Below, piece by piece: positions 54,897 to 64,000 of a DNA stretch of 64,000 nt. Numbering within the stretch: the first letter of the stretch is position 1; each line of letters opens with the position of its first letter. The position numbers were made by a program, and so were the translations under genes. The stretch spans positions 103,065 to 167,064 of the forward strand of contig CAWJSR010000020.1 in NCBI GenBank assembly GCA_963845515.1, given 5' to 3'. Source of the stretch: an uncultured delta proteobacterium (GTDB taxonomy: Bacteria > Myxococcota > Myxococcia > Myxococcales > Anaeromyxobacteraceae). The notes below the pieces were generated by a model, which was not told the origin of the DNA, made no database searches, and saw only the letters and a list, made by a program, of their open reading frames with translations.

Positions 54897-56120
54897 CTAC
54901 ATCGGCTTCCAGACCACCCCGACCGACGGCAGGAGGACGTTGCTGTCGAACTTGCCGGGGAAGGCCTCTGCGCCGGTGCTCGTCACGACGTCGAACGGCG
55001 CCCAGAAGATCGCGGCGGCGACCGACAGCCGGTCGGAGAACTTCCAGTCGGCCCCGGCGGAGAACGCCCAGGTGCTCCCGTCCGGGAGCGACGGCGAGTA
55101 GGTGTCGGTCTTGAGCCCCGACAGGTCGCGCAGGATGCCGCCGCGGAGCGTCAGCTTCTGCGTCGTGGTCCACTCGGCGCCGAGCCGGTACGTATGCCCG
55201 TTGCCGTAGTTGCGTGGGACGCTGACGGTGAAGCCACGGTCGCCGACGAACGTGTCGTCCGTGTAGACGACGTACCAATCGAAGGTGAAGCCGAAGGTGA
55301 GCTGCACCGGCTTGACCGGCCGCCACGCCACGCCGACGTTGAGGACGTTGGGGAACGTGAGGACGTGGGTCGCGCCCTGGTCGACGTTGGCCGGGTCGCC
55401 CGGCACCGCGCCCGCCGGGATGTTGAAGTGGGCGTCCCCCTTCAGCTCCATGCGCGCCTTGTGCTTGTAGTCGACGGCGAAGCTGAGCGGGTAGCCGACG
55501 ATCGGCGTCAGCTCGGCAGACACGTCGTAGGAGAGGCCGCCACCCTTCGCGGAGATCTCGGCGTAGCCGTCCGGGAAGGGCTGGATCCCCTGCTTCAGGT
55601 ACTCGGTGGTGTACGCGTAGACGAGGCCGCCGCCGACGCGCACCTGCGGGAGGACCTGGACGCCCGCGGTGAGGTAGGTGCCGTACACCTTCCGGTCGAC
55701 CTCGATGATCCGGCCGCGTCCCGCCCAGTCCTCGTCCCAGAAGACGTTGGCGCCGCCGAGCAGGTTCAAGCCGATGCCGACGCCCGCCTTCATGCCGAAG
55801 AGCTCCCGGCCGTAGGCGGCGAAGATGGCGACGGGAGGAGCCGGCTTGAACAGGAGGCTCTCCGGCGACTGGGACTGCAGGTCTGGCGTCGTGGCGGTCC
55901 ACTCCTGTCCCAGGAAGAGGACGGAGCCGGCGAGGGAGAGCTGGAGCCCCTCGACCTTCGAGAGGGCCGCCGGGTTCTTGAACGTGGCGGCCGCGTCACC
56001 CTGCGCCGCCACGGCGGAGTCGGCGAGCGCGAGGTCGCGCGGGTTGACGTTGGGGAGCGAGTAGCCGCTCGCGAAGGCGAGGGCCGGGGCGAGGAGCGTC
56101 AGTGCGATGAGCTTGCGCAT
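54897..56120 (-). CDS. OmpP1/FadL family outer-membrane transporter
   Basis: Signal peptide AFA-SGY, DAAATFKNPAAL (NPA motif), YRLGAEW, PSLPD. Confidence 0.9.
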   Translation of the reverse strand: MRKLIALTLLAPALAFASGYSLPNVNPRDLALADSAVAAQGDAAATFKNPAALSKVEGLQLSLAGSVLFLGQEWTATTPDLQSQSPESLLFKPAPPVAIFAAYGRELFGMKAGVGIGLNLLGGANVFWDEDWAGRGRIIEVDRKVYGTYLTAGVQVLPQVRVGGGLVYAYTTEYLKQGIQPFPDGYAEISAKGGGLSYDVSAELTPIVGYPLSFAVDYKHKARMELKGDAHFNIPAGAVPGDPANVDQGATHVLTFPNVLNVGVAWRPVKPVQLTFGFTFDWYVVYTDDTFVGDRGFTVSVPRNYGNGHTYRLGAEWTTTQKLTLRGGILRDLSGLKTDTYSPSLPDGSTWAFSAGADWKFSDRLSVAAAIFWAPFDVVTSTGAEAFPGKFDSNVLLPSVGVVWKPM

Positions 56121-56138
56121 GTGTATTCTCCTCGCCGG

Positions 56139-59062
56139 CTACGGCAGGTTGACCTGGATCCCGGCGGTGCCGAGGTCGTCGTCGGTCGGGATCGTGAGGC
56201 TCCCGAGGAAGTCCGCGGCGTCGACCCTGACCTGGTCGCCGAGCGTTCCGGTGACGGTGTCTCCGATCACGCCGTGCGGCACGACGCCACCGGACCCCGC
56301 CGTCGTGTTCACGTAGGTGGCCCACGCCGTGGTTGGTGGAGGGGTCGTCCCCGGCAGCGCGAGCGTGTAGAGGAGGGCGTTGTAGTCGTTGGGGACGAGC
56401 GTGTCGCCGCTAGAGGCCTGCCCGAGCGTGCTGGTCGTCGCGGACGCGAGCGGCCCCAGGAGGGACGCGAGCGGCGAGGTGTACTTCGTCGCCACGCCGG
56501 CGGCGAAGTTGATCGGATCGGCGGGGTCGAGGATCCACTTCGCGACGTTGACCGTCTTGAGGTAGGCGGCCGCCATCGCGGTGTCGGTGGCGATCAGGTT
56601 CCGGTCGATCCCCAGGGAGAGGAAGAGCGCGTCGACCTCGGTCTTGAAATACGGCGCGTTGGTGAAGACGTCGACGAGCGTCCCGCCGGCGACGTTCAGG
56701 ACCGCGCGGGAGACGCGCGGGTTGGTGGCCACGACGTTGGTGCCGATCATGCCGCCGAGCGAGATGCCCAGGAAGTAGACCCTGGTCGGGTCGACGGCGA
56801 CGCAGCGCGCCGCGAGCGCGGACGAGATCGGGTTGGCCGCGGGCTGAGGCCAGGGCGCGGGGGGACGGGCGAGCGACAGGACCAGCCCGGACTGATCGAG
56901 CAGATCCTGCCGGATGGCGTCACGGGTCCGGAAGAAGTTGGAGGAGATGAAGTAGTTGCCGGAGGCGCCGGCTTCGTCGAGCGTGGCGGAGGAGCCGCAG
57001 GTCCCCGGGACGGCTGCGAGCGGTGCGCCGGTCACTACCGGCTGGCAGGAGCCGGCGCCGCCGCCGCAGTCGGCGTCGTCGTTACAGTAGGAGCGTGCGC
57101 CGTGGTACGGCGCGTCGATCGCCGCGACGACGAACCCCTGCTCCGCGAGCCGATCGGCGAGCGGGAGGAGCGTCGTGCGAGAGCCGTTGATGCCGTGGTG
57201 CAGGACGACCAGCGGCGACGCGACCGGCGCGCAGGGGGTGGTGAGCCCCGACTGCGGCACTGCCAGGAGCACCGGGATCTCCTGCGGCACCCAGGTCGCG
57301 CTGTCCGGCTTGAGCGCCCCGGTGACCACGTCGATGGCGAGGAGGGTGTTGGTGCTGCCTTCGATGAAGGCGGAGACGTTCGGGAACGCGGTGGCGGGGC
57401 GGCCGAAGTTGGTCAGCGGATCGATCTCCGCGGCGGCCGTCGACGTGAAGATCGCGGAGGCTGCGCCGTTCTCGGCAGAGTAGGGGGCCGCGGAGAGGTT
57501 CAGCGACGCCGCCGTGATGCTCTGCGTCTTGAACGTGTAGGCGGCGACGATGGACGAACGGGTGAGGGTCCGGTCGGTGATCAGCTCATCGATCTCGCCG
57601 CGCATCTTCTGGATGCCAGCTGCCGTCTGGGCGTCCATCCCGGCGAGGAGCGGCGTGAGGGTGGAGGGGCTCGTCCCCTGCGTCACGGGCCACGGATAGA
57701 CCACCGGCGCCGTCTGCTTGAGGATCAGCTTCGAGAAGGTCGAGCGGGCGAGCGAGACCATTCCGGTGAAGTCGGTGACGCCGTCGTTCACGACGACCGC
57801 GTACTTCGTGTCCTCGGCGAGCGGGGGAAGCGCCATGGTCCCGGTCCAGACGGCTGGCTGGAGGCCGATGGCCACGGAGAAGCCGCCCTGCTGATGGCGT
57901 CGGGCTGCTTCGCGAGTGCGATGACCTCGGTCCAGGTCGCGTCGGCGTTGCGCTTGTAGAGCTTCACGTTGGCGGCGACGGTGCCGGCCGTGATCGGCCC
58001 CGAGGTCGACGCCAGGATCATGGCGGTCGTCGAGAAGCCGTCGAGCGTGACTAGCCCGGCTCCAGCGGCGCCGAAGGCGGCGTTGGGCTTCACGAGGCCG
58101 CCGTCGAGCGGCTTCGTGAGGTCCGAAGGGATCGCCTCGCGCATCAGGTCGAACGGCAGCGGCGCGACGCCGGAGCCCGAGTCGACCACGACGTACGTGC
58201 CGGGGCTCGGCGCGATCTGGAACGTCGCGATGGCGGCGACCTCCGATGCAGGGAAGGCAGCGGTGATGGCACCGAAGGCGCTCGCCGCAGGAAGGACGGG
58301 CGGGGCAGCGCAGGTTGCGCCGGGGGAGAATGGGTTCCAGCCGGTCACTGGCGCGGTCATGTTGCACCACGGGACCGCGTTCCAGAGGAGCTTTCGGAGC
58401 CCGTCCAGAGTCGCGGCGGTCACGGGGTCGAGCCCGCCAGGCGGCTGGTTCTCGGCGACCGTCATGTCCTTGTTAGGGCTGATCAGCGAGATGACCTGGT
58501 CGGCATTGACCGGGAGGCCGGTCGTCGTCTTGACGCCGCTCGGTCCGCCGCGGACTGCGACCACGTAGCGCCCTGGCGCCCACCGCCGGCCGGACACGGG
58601 GTCAGCCGCCTTCCGAATCTTGAGGTTCTTCGCGTCGAGCGTATCGGTCTCGGCGGTGACGTCGATCCGTACAGCCACCGTGCCGTCCGAGAGCTTGTAG
58701 ACGGCCACGTTGCTCGTGTTGACGGTCGCAGGATCGACGATCGGCGCGGTGGCCGCCGGCGCGTAGGTGTTGGTGGCGGGGTCGAACGTCACCGCGCGGA
58801 ACGGGACGCTGATGGAGACCTCCTGGTCGGAGGGGAATCCGCCCGACGCGACGAAGTCGAGGAGCAGGTCCTTCTGCGCGCCGGCCGGGAACGTGGGCTT
58901 CTGGATCGCCTGCAGCGCCAGGTCGTTCGGCGTCGGGATGACGCCCGCGGTCGAGTCGAACGTCGCGAAGACCAGGGTGTTGGTGGGCTTCTCCTGCTTG
59001 ACCTCGGTGCAGCCCACGGCCAGCGCCATGAGCGCGAGCGGTGCGTATCGGCGAAGCGTCAT
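56139..59062 (-). CDS. Large secreted lipase-like lipoprotein (Pla-1/Cef type alpha/beta hydrolase); frameshift near 57890
   Basis: Lipobox AVGC; IPTPNDL, LDGFST, HHGING, AIDAPYHGAR, GISLGG, WILDPADPINF. Confidence 0.85.
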
Positions 59063-59708
59063 CGGGGATCCTCCGCGTGTGCGATGCCACGAACGGTGAA
59101 CGAAGTGGGCGCAGGGGGGTGACCGTTGGTGATCTGATCCCCCTCCGTGCCGAGCCCTGAATCGGTAGCACGCAAAGCAAGGACTGCGCCATAGCGCACG
59201 GGCGCACTAAGCGAGAAATTGTGGCGCGGTGCCCCAAGAAGGGCCTCCCCGGCTGACTCGATCGCGGAACGGCTCGGGCCGGCGGCGCCCGGAAACGAGA
59301 CGGCGTAGGTCCTCACAACCCTTCCCGCCATGCTGCGGGAGGTCCCCGTCGTGCGGTGCGCACTCTCCACGAAGATCGCTGGCGCGCTAGAAGCGGCTCA
59401 TCACGCGGGACCTCCCCCCGCGCGTCCGCTGAGTCGTTCACCGCGGCTCCGGGCTCGCCCGCTGTCGCGCATGCGCGGAGGCGCTTGCCGGTCCCTGATG
59501 GGTTTCACTCAGAGACGACTTGACACGACCCTCGCCGAATCGCGCGTTCAGTGGAGGCCGCCGTCGGAAACACACGCCAGAACGCGCCTGGAGACCGACA
59601 GGCTTCGCGGAAGGCTCGCGTGGGGAGGCAGAAGGCCCCGCCGCGGAAGACGCGCCAGCGGCTGAATGCGTGCGTTTACGGAGGGTGAGAATTCGCATGA
59701 GACACTTC

Positions 59709-60750
59709 ATGCATGGACACCTCACGCGACTCGCCTCCCACCTCGCCTCCCACCTCGCCTCCCACCTCGCTTCCCTGCTCCGCCGCGAGCAGGGGGCGAT
59801 GGCCGACTTCCTCCTCGCCCTCGCAGATTTCGATCGCCGCGGCGGCCTGTGGCTCGGGCTGGGCTATACGCAGCCTCTTCTACTTCCTCCACCGCGAGCT
59901 GAGGCTCTCCGCCGGGGCGGCGTTCCACCGCAAGAGCGCGGCCGAGCTCCTTCAGCGCTTCCCGGAGGTGGTCGAGCCGCTCAGGGACGGACGTCTATGC
60001 CTTTCGAGCGTGGTCGAGCTCTCCAGGGTGATCACGCCGGAGAACGTGGCGGAGGTCCTGCCCCGGTTTTTCCACGCGTCGAAGCAGGAAGCGAAGGCCG
60101 TGGCGGCGGAGCTTGCGCCCCGAGAACTCCTCCCGCAGCGAGTGGTGGTGACCGCGGTGGCCCAGGCGGGGGCAGCGGCGAGCCACCTAACGGAGCCAGG
60201 ACCGCCGGTGCCCACTGCGGCGGCGCTCGGCAGGTCGTTTCACCTGGATGAAACGCGGGCGTTTCCCGCCTCTGCGGCCGGGTCGGCGATCCCGCCCGCC
60301 TCACCACAGTCGACCCCCTCGCTCCACCGTGAAGCCGCTGACGGCCGACCTGCGCCGGCTGCATGTCACGGTGTCGAAGAAGTTCCTCGAGAAGGTGGAG
60401 GCGGCGCGGGACGCGCTGTCACACTCACATCCAGGGGCCGACGTGGAGGCCATCCTGGAGGAGGGGGCTCGACCTCGTCATCGAACGGGCGGCCAAGCGG
60501 AGGGGGATGGTGAAGCGGCCCCGCCCTCAGCGGCGCCCCGCCGCCGTGGTCGAGCAGGGAATGGAGAATCCAAGGGGCATTCCGGCGGCCGTGAAGAGGG
60601 AGGTCTGGCTCCGTGACGGCGGGCGGTGCCAGTGGCCTACGTCTGATGGGAGCGTCTGCGGCTCGACCCACCGCGTCCAATTCGACCACGTCGTCCCGGT
60701 GGCGCACGGAGGGAGGTCCACCGTCTGGTAATCTCCGCCTCGCATGCGCG
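59709..60750 (+). pseudogene. HNH endonuclease (myxobacterial DUF222-like type), frameshifted and cut by the RIT element
   Basis: LLRREQGAMADFLLALADFDRR, SLFYFLHRELRLS, RFPEVVEPLRDGRLCLSS, IPAAVKREVWLRDGGRCQW, QFDHVVPVAHGG, NLRLACA then abrupt end. Confidence 0.82.
59730..59775 (+). repeat. 12-bp tandem repeat (CTCGCCTCCCAC x3 plus a partial copy)
   Basis: Read directly; encodes LASH x3. Confidence 0.9.
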
Positions 60751-60858
60751 TTATGCCGCGAGCGGCATAATTGGCATTATGCCGACTCCTGGATTATGCC
60801 GCGCGGTGCTGCAGAGCCAGTCCGGTCGAGGGAGTGCCCCGCTCGCGACGCGGCATAA
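60751..60858. repeat. RIT terminal repeat / recombinase-binding motifs
   Basis: TTATGCCG at 60751, 60777, 60794; CGGCATAA at 60763 and 60851; palindrome TTATGCCGC-ga-GCGGCATAA 60751-60770. Confidence 0.85.
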
Positions 60859-61849
60859 TCACAGCCCCTCCAGGAAGGCGAGCAGCGAGTCCTTGGGCCG
60901 GAATCGTCCGGGCCTCACGCCGGGAGGCGCGGTGCGTGCGAGCGCCCGCTCCTTCATGGCCAGGTCGGCGTCGAGATAGATTCTGCGTCGTCTCGACCTG
61001 CTCGTGACCGAGCCAGAGCGCGATGACCGCGCGGTCGACGCCTGCCTCGAGGAGTTGCACGGCCGTGGTGTGGCGAAGAACGTGTGGCGTGACGTGCTTG
61101 CGGGCCAGGGATGGGCATTTGCTGGCGGCGAGGCGGACGTACTTGGCGACGAGCCGCTCGACGGCGTCGTGGCTGAGCTGGCTCCGACGAAGGCTGCGGA
61201 ACACGAAGTCGGGCCCGGCAGCGCCGCACTCGGAGATCGATCCGCGAAGTACGCTCGCCGTAGCGCGCGAGAGCGGCGTGCAGCGCTCTTTGCGGCCCTT
61301 GCCGTGGCAGCGGACGTTGGCGGCGGTGCCGAGGGTGAGGTCTTCGACCCGCAGGGCGGTGAGCTCGGCCAAACGAAGTCCGGTCTGCACGGCGAGGAGA
61401 AGAAGGGCGTGGTCGCGTCGGCCGAGCCGGGCGGTCGTGTCTGGCGCTGCGAGGAGGGCGTCGACCTCGGCCGTGGTGAGGAATCCCACGAGGTCTCGGT
61501 CGAACCGCTTCTGCGGAATGGCGAGGACACGCTGGATCAGGCCGGCATGCGCTGGTTCGCGGAATGCCGCGAAGCGGAAGCACGAGTGGATTGCCGCGAG
61601 CCGCGCGTTTCGCGTTCGGATGCTGTTGCCTCGCTCCTTCTCGAGGTGATTGAGGAACGCGCCAACGAGCGGCGCGTCGATGTCCGCCAGGAACAGGTTG
61701 GACGGCGCCTTGCCAACCTGCGTCTCCATGAAAGCGAGGAGGAGCCTGAATGCGTCGCGGTAGGCGGCGACGGTGTGAGGACTCGCCCTTCGCTGCCGCT
61801 GGAGACGTTCGGAGAAGAACGCTTCGAGTAGCGGACCGAGAAGAGTCAT
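60859..61849 (-). CDS. RIT tyrosine recombinase C; frameshift near 60980
   Basis: SPHTVAAYRDAFRLLL, TRNARLAAIHS, TGLR, GKGRKER, HVLRHT, WLGHE, IYLDADL.MKERAL. Confidence 0.9.
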
Positions 61850-62780
61850 GGCCGCATCCTCCGCGCCTTCTCGAACCGCTTGCCGGCGAGCGCAAGCAAC
61901 TCCGGTGTCGCAGTGAGTGAGGTACCAGTACGTGCTGGTCGGGCTGACGTGGCCGAGATAGGTCGAGAGCGAGGCGATGCGACGCTCGGCGTCGACGCCC
62001 GACCGGTACCAGCCGCGCAGCGTCGTCATCGCGAAGGTGTGGCGGAGATCGTGGAGCCGAGGCCGGCGCCCTGGTGCCTTGTCGAGGCCGGCGAGATGAA
62101 GCAGTCGCAGGAACGTGTGGTGGAAGTTCTGGTGAAGGACGCGTGCCCCGCCGCGCGAGACGAAGAAGCCCCTGCAACGCCTTCGTGGAATCAGGCGCTC
62201 ACGGCAGGCGACGTACGCGCGAAGCGCCGCGAGCGTCGACGCGTGGACCGGGACCAGCCGAGACTTCTGGAACTTGGCGTTGCGCACCGTGAGCAGCGAT
62301 CTGCTCCAGTCGACGTCCGCATCGTCGAGCGCAAGCGCCTCTCCGACACGCATTCCCGTGGCCGCGAGGAGTCCAAGGAGCGTCGCGCAGGTCGCTCCCT
62401 GAAGTGGGCCTCGCAGAGCCCGCGCCTCGCGCATCAACGTGGCCACCTCGCAGTCCGTGAATAGGTGAGGCGTGAGTCGATGCGAACGGAACGGAATCAG
62501 ATTCGGGCGAGGGCACCTCGGTCCGAGGATTGAACGAGCGGTGGTGCCTCGCGAAGCCGCGAACTGCACTGAGCCTCCTCGCCCAGTAGGACGGTGCGGC
62601 GCCGGCCGGCAACTGCGCCCAGCGCACTGCCAGGTCGGTCGTGATGACTTCGCTCCGGTGGGCCGCGAGGAAGGCAACGAACTGGGGCAAGAACCATGTG
62701 TGGTGGCGCAGCTTGAAGCCGAGGGCGCGCCGGAGCGCGAGGTACTCCTCGGCGGAGCGAGCGAGAGCCGTGCGTTTCAC
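61846..62780 (-). CDS. RIT tyrosine recombinase B; frameshifted
   Basis: YLALRRALGFKL, ATGMRVGEAL, KFQKSRLVP, RLHDLRHTFA, LSTYLGH, TYWYL; shift near 62510 and a 4-bp duplication near 61915. Confidence 0.88.
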
Positions 62781-63976
62781 GGGTCACCTCCCGGCCACGG
62801 CTGCGCCAGGGCGCTCAGCGAGGCGAGGTCCACCTTGGCGTAGATCGCGGTGGTGTCGATGTGCCGGTGGCGAAGCAGATGCGCGATTCTCGGGCAGCGA
62901 CGCGCCGCGGCGAAGAAGTTGCGTGGCGGCGGTGTGCCGAAGCAGATGCGCGCTCCCCGTGAGGCCAGTCGCAGGAGTGCTGTCTGAACGACGTGGATGA
63001 TTGCGCCCGACCGCATTCCAGTGTGGGGCGCATGGCAGCGCAGGAAGAGGCTCCGCTCGCTTGCGTGGGGCCGGCCGTGGCGGACGTACGCGGCGAGCAC
63101 GCGGCCAACGTCCGCAGGAAGGGGAGGCGGCTCTGGTGCCGCCCTTTGCCGTGGACCGACAACTCGCCGGCCCGCCAGTCGACGTCGTCGAGATTGAGCG
63201 CGGCCACTTCTCCGGCGCGCAGCCCGAGCCGGAGCAGTAGCCTCACGACCGCCGCGTCGCGAAGTCCGGTCTTCGACCGATCGAAGACCGACAGGAGCCG
63301 GCCTATCTCGGTCTGCTCGAGAGCCGCAGGGACACCGGCGAGACGCCACCCGGCCACCGCCGGCACGCAGGCGGACAAGTCGTGGTCGATTGCCCCGCGC
63401 ACGTGCAGGAACCGCAGCAGCGACCGCAGGTGAGTCACCGTCAGCTTGGAGGTGCCGATGCTGCGCGACTCGCGGGTGCTGCGCAGGACGAAGCTCGTGA
63501 CCTCCGTCGCAGTCAGCCGGCCCCAGTCCAGCCGTGGACGCTCGCTCCGCACGAACCGCGCCGCGAAGTCGGCATATCCACGGATGGTGGATGCTACGAG
63601 GCCTCGCTCCTGCCGAAGGTACGCGGCGTACTCCCTCGTGAGACGGCCGGCTGCCGAGTTGTCGACGATGGGCGTCGGCATGGGGATGACGCCAGCCTGG
63701 CGGAGATGGTTAAGCAACGGCGCGACGGCGCGGCGTGCGACGTAGTGTGTGTACCCTCGCCGACGCCGGGAGCGCAGGAACTCGGCGACGTACGTCCTCC
63801 CTGAGATTGGCAAGCGTCAGTCCCTTGGCCTGAAGCCACCGGCCGAGGTGGGCGGCCAACCTCAGCTGATTCCCGGCAGACTCCGCCGCGTAGCCTTGCC
63901 GCCGCAACTCCGCCCAAAACCCCTGCGCGTGCGCCAAGAGAGGACCTCGAATCCTCACCGAAGCCGGATTCAACAT
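62777..63976 (-). CDS. RIT tyrosine recombinase A; frameshifted
   Basis: GPLLAHAQGF, YLRQERGL, LRSLLRFL, GLRD...LGLRAGEVA, HGKG, LLRHRHIDTTAIYAKVD...LAQPWPG. Confidence 0.88.
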
Positions 63977-64000
63977 GTCTGCCTCCTCGACGGCGAAGTG

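Larger units (their letters stand above)
60751..64000 (-). mobile_element. RIT (recombinase-in-trio) element; other end beyond the window
   Basis: Three tandem tyrosine recombinase genes with 4-bp overlaps and a terminal TTATGCCG motif cluster. Confidence 0.9.

Noticed and set aside
59063..59520. Coding potential in the gap between the lipase and HNH genes
   Set aside because: The short ORFs lack recognisable motifs or an RBS; treated as intergenic
59520..59548. Sigma70 promoter at TTGACA upstream of the HNH gene
   Set aside because: No credible -10 hexamer at 16-18 bp spacing
59709..60750. IscB/Cas9-like RNA-guided nuclease
   Set aside because: No PLMP or RuvC motifs; only a C-terminal HNH after a helical domain

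Overview
Very GC-rich bacterial DNA whose gene content suggests an Anaeromyxobacter-like member of Myxococcota (inferred, not proven). Most of it is core or metabolic: a metal ABC transporter, tRNA-fMet, patatin, a YegD-like Hsp70, a MocA-XdhC-IorAB-type molybdoenzyme cluster, an Mla/Mce-type ABC system, Ku/LigD, a TonB receptor-SBP-kinase-regulator operon, an ECF sigma, CcdA/thioredoxin, YebC, 2-oxoacid oxidoreductase, SerA, P-II, an MCP, DAHP synthase, an RND pump, and FadL with a lipase. There are two accessory regions. The first is a ~6 kb decayed phage/satellite-like island at the tRNA-fMet 3' end, bounded by 13-bp direct repeats. It carries a recombinase tail, a terminase-small remnant and intact candidate defence cargo (a beta-family protein convergent with an sce7726-type nuclease, plus a DUF5677/HEPN-like ORF). 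The second is a three-recombinase RIT element inserted into an HNH gene at the right end. The ORF track hides or misreads two features: a secreted rhodanese that reads through an in-frame TGA followed by a SECIS-like hairpin (probable selenoprotein), and an IorB gene truncated and fused in frame to a 14-repeat FG-GAP lipoprotein. Many genes carry single frameshifts, most likely consensus errors. All family assignments come from motif recognition by eye; no searches were run.
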